Below, piece after piece: positions 55,105 to 64,000 of a stretch of 64,000 bases of DNA. The stretch covers positions 14,480,974-14,544,973 of the forward strand of contig MU054187.1 of NCBI GenBank assembly GCA_013239625.1. Direction: 5' to 3'. Every line of letters begins with the position of its first letter. Positions within the stretch are counted from its first letter, which is position 1. The position numbers and the translations under genes are program-made. The notes beneath the pieces are model-generated. The model saw nothing but the letters and a program-made list of their open reading frames with translations, did no database searches and had not been told where the DNA came from. The DNA comes from Lama guanicoe (Eukaryota).

Positions 55105-55183
55105 TTAGATCAAATCATATGAAACTGGCATTTTTATAGGTCAAAGAAAGGTCTAAAACTGGCGATTTCATAGTGTTCAACCT
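55105..55183. mobile_element. MADE2-like mariner MITE (imperfect palindrome)
   Basis: ttagatcaaatcatatgaaactggc ... ggcgatttcatagtgttcaacct, preceded by TA. Confidence 0.75.
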
Positions 55184-55266
55184 CTCACTAATCAATTAGG
55201 CACAGACCTTGGAGGACTAACCAAAGTGAATGCACCCAGCCTGTATGTTGCTTTAACAGTACACAA

Positions 55267-55297
55267 GCACCATCTGGCGGCAGAAAGCAAAATTGTA
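55267..55297 (-). promoter_or_regulatory. Candidate CTCF site (core CCGCCAGATGGTGC plus upstream module)
   Basis: Full match to CCRSYAGRKGGYRS; TACAAT lies 11 nt upstream of the core; sequence appears non-repetitive. Confidence 0.55.
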
Positions 55298-56219
55298 GTT
55301 TTATACCTGTTGATACCACTACTGCTACAAACGTATTCAAAGTTTCTCAACTGTGCTACTTTCCAACATGATTTTTTTAAAGGGTGTTACAGACTGGTGA
55401 GGAACATTCACACTGATAGCTTGAACAAAATAAATAGCAAATGAACATCGCAATGATTTGCAGCTAGTCATTAGTCTATATAATGCAGACTTTGAAATAT
55501 AATAAGCTATTTCATAAACTAAAATCTTGGTTATTTCTAGTTTTACTGATAATTAACATAATGAAATAAAATCAGTTCAGATACTTCAAAAAACATGCTT
55601 CTCTGTATCAAAATTTCTACTAATAGCCATAGTTGTCCATAAAGTTCTTTCTAACTCTCAAAGATTTATTTCCCAGGAGAAAGGTGGAGACCATGAAGCC
55701 TGGAGTAAGTACCTGGATCTGCCTATAAGAACAAGTAGCTTTTTGGCAAAGTAATTCAAACTCTTTCCTTGTTTAACTTGCTATGACTCCTCCCAGACAT
55801 GCCACGAGAAAACCTTACTAACCTAGCTACTACAAGTGGTTGGGCCAGGAATTGAATACATGAACCAAAGGCAACCAAATATTGTCTTAACACAAAACAC
55901 AGTAACCAAACCTGAGGACAGGGGTGCTTGGCATGGGTGCATGCCATGAAACTGTTTCAAATGAATGATGACAAAGCAATATAACCAAATCCTTTTGGGA
56001 AGGAAGCATAAATGCCAGATAATGAAGAACAGATATATCACTCAAAGTTAGGCTGTATCCTAAACACCACATTCTGCAAGATATATTACACATCCCTATT
56101 CTGGAAACTCTAGACGCAAAAGCCTTCTTCCTATATATACTTCCAACAAACCCTCAAAGTCAAAAATAATTTTCAAATACCCTTCGTTTTGGCTTTAAAG
56201 AGTGATAAAATGAACTCCT

Positions 56220-57005
56220 TCTAAATATCTTCTAGTCAATTTAAACTCAACACAGTCAAAATTGAATTCCTCATCTTTCCAAAGACCTATCCAGCTGTTC
56301 TCATTGTGAACAATATGACTAGCGATCCAGATATGTTATCCTTCACACCCTCTTATCAATCCCCAAGTGCTATCAAATCTACCTTCTAAATGTCCCCTCT
56401 TCTCCATCTTCACTCTTCCATATTACTTGTAATGCATCTTACTCTCTGGAATTTTAAGCCTATCCAAACTGTTTTCCACATACTGCCAAAGGAATATTCC
56501 TAAAACAGATATTCAATTATTTTATCTGTCAGCTAAAAAATCCTTCCAAGGCTCCCAATCACCTTCAGGATAAAACTTAAACCCCATGGCATGCCGCTTG
56601 AGGACATCCGGGTCAGAAACCTGCCTGAACCTCAGCCTTTTCATTCCACTCAAATCAAATTGCTTACAAGTCCACAAATGAACTAAAACCTCTCAGGACT
56701 CCCTGCCATCGTTCCCAAAACCTAGATTGCTTTTTCCTACCTTCCTCAGCTGCGTAACACCTCATTGACCTTGAGATTCAGTTCAAGTGTCAACCCCTTC
56801 TAGGGGGCTTCTTTAATTCCCCGGTCCAAGTGAGGGGCTTGTTCTCCACGTTTCCACAGCCCACGAGGGACATAACTTGCCGTTCCGATGGTTTCTTTTC
56901 ATTGCCTTCCTCCTCTAGGAGACTCAGAGTCTAACCCGAATGTCTTTCATCAAAGTATCTATTCCAACACAACATGTGGCAAAGAGTAGGCATTTGATAA
57001 GTCCT
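56220..57005 (+). mobile_element. L2 element (degenerate)
   Basis: ttaaactcaacacagtcaaaattgaattcctcatctt; aaaatccttccaaggctcccaatcaccttcaggataaa; tggcaaagagtaggcatttgataag. Confidence 0.7.
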
Positions 57006-57179
57006 TTCATTTGGTGGTATTATCTCTAGCTGGCAAATGAAGCTAAGGGAGGTCCAGGGCCTTGCCCAAGACCACACAGCCAAAAGCATCAGAAGTAGGA
57101 TTTGAACCCAATGTTCTGACCATAATGGAAATGACTTTCCCTCAGAATCTTTGCCTTTAGGGAACCACTCTATAAAATA

Positions 57180-57640
57180 ATTGTGCTCTGAATAGCATTT
57201 TGGATAGGACTAAATCCTGTTTCCCCAGGCTGGGCACAAACTCAAAGCTGGCCAATTAAAGTATCCCCTCACCCCAAATCTGGCCTGAATGACAAATTCT
57301 GGAATGAACAGGCTACTCAGAGTCTTTCTTGGGACTTTTCTAAGAACTATTTAAAAACAAACAAACAAAAAATGTGTTCCTCTTTGAGTGCCCTAAGTCT
57401 AAGGACTATAGAGCAAACGGAAGTGAGCATGTTTGAAAATAAAGTCAAGCAGAGGAAAACTGAGACAAGAGCTAGAAAGAGAGAAATGGAAAATGAGGAA
57501 AAACAACACTGAAGCCCTATATCCAACCATGCCCGAAGGTCTCCCCAAGACATCGCCTATAATATAGCTTGAGTCATGGCCCTCTGAAAACCTGCATCAG
57601 TATACTGGGGGGCTTTCTGGCCATTAGCCAAGCAATAATG
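57180..57640 (+). mobile_element. Old MaLR (MLT1J/K-like) LTR remnant
   Basis: aagctggccaattaaagtatccc; gaagccctatatccaaccatgcccgaagg. Confidence 0.45.
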
Positions 57641-57932
57641 CTTCTTTAATCCATGAATACAAAAAAAAAAAAAAGGATAAAACTGTAGGAGGCCTAATTT
57701 CACCCATTCAATTCCTTCAGATAGTGGATGTTTTTATAACAAAGGTAAGAGAACAAAAGCATAAAATGTTCTCCAATTTTTACATCTTGTACTCCATCAA
57801 ATAAATTTTTGTATGTATTCAACTTTGTAATATATCTGTTAGTAAACAATGCCCCAAATGAGAAAGAAAAAGATGTTTGGACATGTTCATTTTAAAATAT
57901 CTTGGGTGCAATAAAAGGAGACACAGGTATTT

Positions 57933-58119
57933 GTTTTTTTTTTTAAGTCACAGGTGTTTTTTTAATGTTGCATAATCACTTTTAGTTTATTTCTAATTTT
58001 GGGGGGGAGTAATTACATTTACTTATTTAATTACTTCCAATGGGGGCACTGGGGAATTGAACCCAGGACCTCGTGCATGTTAAGCATGCACTCTACCACT
58101 TGAGCTATACCCTCCCTCC
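57933..58119 (-). mobile_element. tRNA-derived SINE (camelid Vic-1-like) with TSD
   Basis: Reverse head ggagggagggtatagctcaagtggtagagtgcatgcttaacatgcacgaggtcctgggttcaattcccc; acaggtattt repeated at 57923-57932 and 58121-58130. Confidence 0.9.
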
Positions 58120-61059
58120 GACAGGTATTTTAGAATCCAGGTTGTACCCACAAAGTTTGCTCATGTGTAAACCTCTTTTTCCTCCAGTTATCACAAAACA
58201 GGGCAGCGGTGGAAAAGACCTTTTTTATGAGTTCCTCCTCAGGCCTTTGAATGAGTTCAAGTGAAGAAGCCTCATGAGGAAAGAAGAGATTTTAAAAATA
58301 GCATGGGTAATATCTAATTATTAATTAATACTATTTTAAGTGGAAAATGAAAGGACCTTTTCAAAAATCCCTCTAAAAGATACCTGTTTCTTGAACTTCT
58401 TAACCTTTCATTCCTTGCGTTATTAAGAAGCTACTGATTCATATGGAGTCTGACAAGGAGAAAAGCGTCTCCTCTGATCTTTGGCTCCAAATCCCCTGTA
58501 ACACATTCAGGTGCTGTCATCTGCAAATTAAGGTCATATGTGAAATCGTAAGTTTAACAGCCTAATGAGTAATGGTTAGGTTTGCCCTTCTGTGAGCAGA
58601 GAGCTTTTAAGTTGAAACATGGCTTGGCAGCTTACCAGTACTTTCCTATTTTCTTTTTACCCTTTTTGTGTTCTGCAGAAAATTCTGAAGACGCTCCAAA
58701 AATCTGAAGGGAAAGTCCACTTTATCCATGCGGTGGGAACAGCCTAAGGCAAAAACCCTTTAGAGAAGTCATAAAAAAATTCTTGCAGCCCTCATGACAA
58801 CCACGGAATCAGATCTTGAAACTAGACATTGCCAACAAAGGAATAATGTCAACATTCTTAATGGAAATCTAAAACGGGGAAAAAAATCAAACCAAACCAC
58901 ATGACTCCGGTCACATCCTCACATACCAACTCCTCTCCCCCCGGGTCCAGCCTGTTCCAGCCACCCTGGCCTCCAGGTGGAGGCACACAGCACGGGGCGC
59001 ACGCCTACTTCAGGGCTCTGCACTCTGCTGCTTCTGCCTGAATGTTCTCCCCTTCGCTCACGACACTCACACTGCTTCTTCCCTCTGCTCCTTTAGGTCT
59101 TATCAAATCTGTCACCTTCCTGATTGACTGAGCTCCATAAGGACAGAGATTATTGTCTGATTTTTCATTGCTTTAGCACTAGATTTCTTTCATTTAAAAG
59201 TAATAGGTTCATTAGTCAAAAAGGCTCTAGTCCTTCAAATAAAGAACTACAGATACTGAAATACAATAAATGTTTACATATAACATCCTCATGGCTCTAT
59301 TCATTATAGTACATTAAAAGTAAAACACCTTGCAAGTATAACGTAGACAAGGTGTTCCTATCTCAGGGGACCAAATCTATCTATCGTGCTTAAGTAGGCA
59401 AAGAGTTTTATTCACATGAAGTAATCTCAGACCGATGAGAAAGGCAATGGGTGTGTTACAGAGAAAAAGACAAAGTAAAGCAACTGTAAGATAAATGGTG
59501 TGTCCCTCCTGCCTCCCATGCGGTGTGGACACCAAGCTGAGAGTCAGGAAGCCTGCTGCCAACAGATGCTCCACAGTGAGAAGCAAGGATGCTAGCAAAG
59601 AGAATGGGAATGGAACAAATATCCCGGGGAGCAGAGGAGAGCTAAGGGTTTAGACCAAGACAGCAAGGGGAAGATGGTGAATATTCTCTGGAAGCATTAC
59701 CTGAGGGGGAAAAATGGACCACAAGTCACCAACTGCAGGTTTCAGCGGGGCAAGCAAGAGAGGTGTCAGCTACCTGGTGGACAAGAGACATCACCACAAA
59801 GACCAGAGGAGCCAGAGGGGGCGCGCCCTCCTGCCCCACTAGGACAATACAGTAAATCCCCCCCAGACACGTAGGGAAGGAAAAGGGGGAGAGGCAGAAG
59901 CTTTTCTTAAAGAACCTGAACAATAATATTTAAATGAACCATTTACAATTTGAATACGACTAAACCTTAGGTGATAGTTTTTCCACTACCAAGCAAGACA
60001 TCAAAAAGCATTAGATTATCTATCGATTAAACAAGTATCTTCTCCTCATATCTGAACTGTAATAATCTGTCAGTAAATATACAAAATGTTTTTAAAAGCA
60101 TCAGCATCCCAACACTAGAAGAAATGATAACTGTGTGACTGGACAGAGTATCAGCTAACACTATAATGGCAATCATATTGTAATGTAGATGTATCAAATC
60201 ATTATATTGTATTCGTTAAACTTACACAATGTTATATGCCAATTACGCCTCAAAAAAGAAAACTTTAAAGTATCAGCAAATATCTGATCACACATGAGAA
60301 TTTCTTAAGCATAAAAGCAGTGAGAGCAATGCACACAAAAAATAGATTAGACCATATTTAACATTTAAAACTGCAGTACATTAAAGACAAACACAAAACT
60401 AAAAGCTAATTTTTTAAAAGCAGGAAAATCAAACAAATAGAATAGACTTTATGTTAATACCCTCAACACATAAACATTTGAAGACTGATCGAGCAATGCA
60501 ATAAAAATTAGCAAATTAAAAGAGACGAAAAGGACAAGTAACTAATAAATATCTGAAAAGCTGTTCAACCTCACAAAGTAATCAATAAAACTGAAAGTTT
60601 AAAACATATCACTTTCAACCACTTAACTAACTTAAGACAATGTGTTTTAAACTCAGCATTGTCACAATAATACAAAATATACTATACGAAATCAGTATAA
60701 ACTTCAATGCAATTGGGTAATACATTACCGTTTTTTTAACCCAGTAGTCCCCTTATAGTAATCTACCTTAAGGAAATAATCAGTAATGTGAACAAAAACT
60801 TGTATATAAAGAGTGTTTACTGCAATATTATTTATAATTGCCAAAAAAGGAAGAAAAACAATCTAGATAATCAAAAACAGGTATATTTTGTTTATATACT
60901 TATCAAGTATTCCTTGTTTACACCTGTTTAAATACTTGCAAAGTATACCCCAGCTATGTGAAGTATTATATAGCCACCAAAATTATTTTCAGAGGTTAAA
61001 GATATGAAAAATGATTACTATATTAAGTGAAAAGGGCAAAATATTGCATATTGGGAATA

Positions 61060-61710
61060 AACAAATTATGATACATTCACACAAAGAAATATTATTCAGC
61101 AATTAAAAACTGCAAACCCCAGGCTCAAGCAACATGGATAAATCTCAAAACCAAAAAAAAAAAAAAAAAAAACTAACTACTATATATAAAATAAACAACG
61201 AGGTCCTGCTGTCTAGCACAGGAAACCATATTCAATACCTTGTAATAGCCTATAATGAAAAAGAATATGAATAGGAATATATATGTATAAATGAATCACT
61301 ATGCTGTATATCAGAAATTAACATAACATTACAAATCTATACTTCAATTAAAAATAAATAAATAAAACAAAATAAGAAAACAATTATAATAAGTGAAAAA
61401 AGCCAGACACAAAAGAGTAAATACTGTATGACTCTATTTATAGAAGTTCAAGGACAAGCAAAACTAATCTATGGTGACAGAACAGTGGTTACTTCTGAGA
61501 AGAGGTATATGAAGTGCAAATAAGTGTGAGGAAGCTCTCACACTGATGGAAATGTTCTGGATCTCGATGGGGTGGTGATCACATGAGGATATAAGTAAGC
61601 AGAAAGTCATCAAACAACTAATATACACACACATAAATAAAATAATAAAATAAAGTCAGGACATGTACATTTAAGATTTGTGCATTTTACCGTTCATATA
61701 GTATACCTCC
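61060..61710 (+). mobile_element. L1ME-like 3' UTR split by a young L1 tip (~61172-61380)
   Basis: Host caacatggataaatctcaaaa...aagtgaaaaaagccagacacaaaagag; insert aacaacgaggtcctgctgtctagcacaggaaaccatattcaataccttg...cttcaattaaaa. Confidence 0.85.
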
Positions 61711-62454
61711 ACAAAGTAATACAGAAATTGCATATAAAGGGTAATTTCAATTTGGTTAAATATATTTATATGCAAAGACTAAAAAGAATGTCAAGTACAT
61801 TAAAATATTAAAGGTGCTACATCAATTAAAAATAAATAATTAAAAATAAAAATATTAAAAAAATAAAGGTGTTTAATTGGGATTGCAGGTTATTTATATT
61901 TTTAATTTACTGCATCTTCCACATTCTCTACAATGAGTTATATGATTCATAAACAATCAGGAAAAAAGACCATACAATTTTTTTTTAATTCTACCATGCT
62001 TGCAAAAGAAAATTCTGCTACACTTATAACACAAAATTATTCAATGTGCAGAAAGACTTAGTAAATCCTTCCAAGAACTTCCCTATAAATTATAAGCACT
62101 CATGTTTGCAATGTCTTCAGACAAATTAAGAAAAGCACTAATTAAGCTAAGCACCTGCTTAGTGAATAAGCAAGCAAGACAACTGCAAAGCCCGCACCAC
62201 CCTGTGGAACAACTTTACAACGTGGTCCTGCCTGCAATAAACACAGGGCTCTCAGGACGCAACAAAAACCAGTTCCTGAAAACCAGTTATTCTTTTTTAA
62301 TTTAAACATTTCTTATATGGCTGATACATCTAAACTCCATGCAAAAATGCCTCAAGTGAATTTTCTTTACAACGAAAATACACTTTGAGTTTCAGAAACT
62401 TGTATATATGCATAAAATAATAAATAAGAACAAAACCAAAGAAGATATACAAAC

Positions 62455-62590
62455 CTCTGATTGTACATGCCCCGAAAGTTGTAATTAGCTCTATAATTTG
62501 GGAAAGGCTTTGGATCTAAGGGCCTGTAGATGGCAGGCTCTCCCCTTTTCATAGCCAGCCCATTCAGTTCCACAGTTGGAGTTATACTAC
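62455..62590 (-). CDS. STAU2: STAU2 coding exon (136 nt), N-terminal half of dsRBD2: (G)SITPTVELNGLAMKRGEPAIYRPLDPKPFPNYRANYNFRGMYNQ(R)
   Basis: Translation matches Staufen 2; acceptor ttttaaacag|GTAGT, donor CAGAG|gtttgt; phase 1 in, phase 2 out, in frame with the next exon. Confidence 0.97.
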
Positions 62591-64000
62591 CTGTTTAAAA
62601 GAAATATTAAAGGCACACAAGTGAAATATTTCCATAATAAACCATGCAATCTATATTTTACATACAATTACCATGGAAGAAGGTGGAAGTGGGTGGCCCC
62701 TTCTGTACGATTTTCTAAGGGGGTGCATAAACTAAACAGGAAAATCATTCCTAACGAAATCTCTTTGGGGTTTTTGCAACATTTTTTGTACATTAATGAC
62801 CAAAAATTCAACTTTTATAGTCACACTATTTCAAAACAAGGAAAACAGAAGGATCATAGATTGCTTAGTTTGAATATTATAAAGCAGGTGTTGAACTTCA
62901 AAGTTACTTACCGCAGAAAGTTTGTAATTATTTAATCATTAAGAACATCACAGTCTGTGAATATTTTTATTTATAGTTTGGTAATCAAGTGACGAAAATT
63001 AGCAACGAATACAGGGTCATCAGTAATTCTTAGACTTAGCTAATGAAAATAAATTTTGAGATTTTTCTATAACCAACCACACGACAAAGTAGTAAAGATA
63101 AGTAAAGCTTTTTGTAGATAATCTTTAAAGATACACACTGAAGCATTTGTGGATGAAGTGATACACCTGAAATTTGTTTTAAAATAATTCAGAGGCCACA
63201 GGGATGAGAAACAAGACTGGCCACCATGTGTGGATAACAGAAGCAACTGATGACAAGTTCAGGGATGCTCAATACCTTAGTCTTTCTTCTGCAAAAGTTC
63301 GAAAAATCCCATAATATATAACACACACAACGTAAAATTATTAAGTCAAGTTATTTTAAGTACCAAAAAAGGTTATTTAGTAAAACATATATATGTTCTA
63401 TATAACAAATCACAAAAATGAATCGTAAGCTTTTACAGAAAGTAAAATTTATGTCAAGTGTAAATTCTGTACTATTTTATTTGAATTATGCCTTTTGCAC
63501 CATACATCATGAACAAAAACGGGTCCACTTATTGCAGCAGAGAAACGGGGGCACAAAGTACAGGCCGGAGCAGGGGAGCCTGACGCAAACACACAACAGG
63601 CAGCCAGGTGACAAGCAATCCATCACGAGTCACAAGCTGCTCATTTTGTGTCTCATTTCAAAAGAAATCATGTGAAACCACTGAAGATTACTATTAAGAA
63701 CAAGAACTAAACCAAGGTGAAGAAAAAGCAAAAAATAAAGGGCGTGGGAGGAAAGGATGACGTAGAAAAGGGAGAGATAAGGATAAGAAAAACAGCAAAG
63801 AAAAGTTAACAAATATAGTAAGTCCAATTAGTCCAAACCCCCATTTTAATACGTAACGCTCAGGGCAGAGGAATATTAAGTCAAGCATAAAGGGATTCTC
63901 TTTTCTTTCTTTGTTTCTAACAGTATTTGACGGAGGGATAAATAAAATGCACAAACCTTAAGCACACAGCTCCATGAATTACTACACGCATAAACACTCA

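Larger units (their letters stand above)
13662..62454 (-). other. STAU2: Large STAU2 intron (48,793 bp, phase 2) interrupting dsRBD2
   Basis: The flanking exons join as AG|G (Arg) TAC (Tyr), giving the contiguous STAU2 sequence MYNQRYHCP. Confidence 0.93.

Noticed and set aside
59810..59826. CTCF-like gccagagggggcgc
   Set aside because: Only the 3' half of the core matches; spacing is off by one base.
1..64000. Prokaryotic-type systems (CRISPR arrays, operons, defence islands)
   Set aside because: The sequence is a mammalian intron-rich locus; no spaced repeat arrays or long ORFs.

Overview
Mammalian genomic DNA, probably camelid given the tRNA-derived Vic-1-like SINEs and young L1 3' ends. 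The whole window lies inside STAU2 (Staufen 2, dsRNA-binding protein) on the minus strand. Six coding exons are present (62455-62590, 13502-13661, 12146-12253, 9879-10091, 9052-9189, 4349-4480; probably exons 6-11 in human numbering). All have GT-AG boundaries and splice in frame to encode dsRBD2, dsRBD3, the basic NLS linker and dsRBD4. A 48.8 kb intron (13662-62454) fills most of the window and is rich in L1, L2, MIR, LTR and DNA-transposon fossils. I found no convincing new multi-gene system. The best leads are an unidentified GC-rich retroposed insert with a perfect 14-bp TSD, several candidate cryptic or poison STAU2 exons, a strong CTCF motif, an inverted SINE pair bracketing four exons, and a rearranged L1. 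Repeat family names come from recalled consensus sequences, and their boundaries are approximate.
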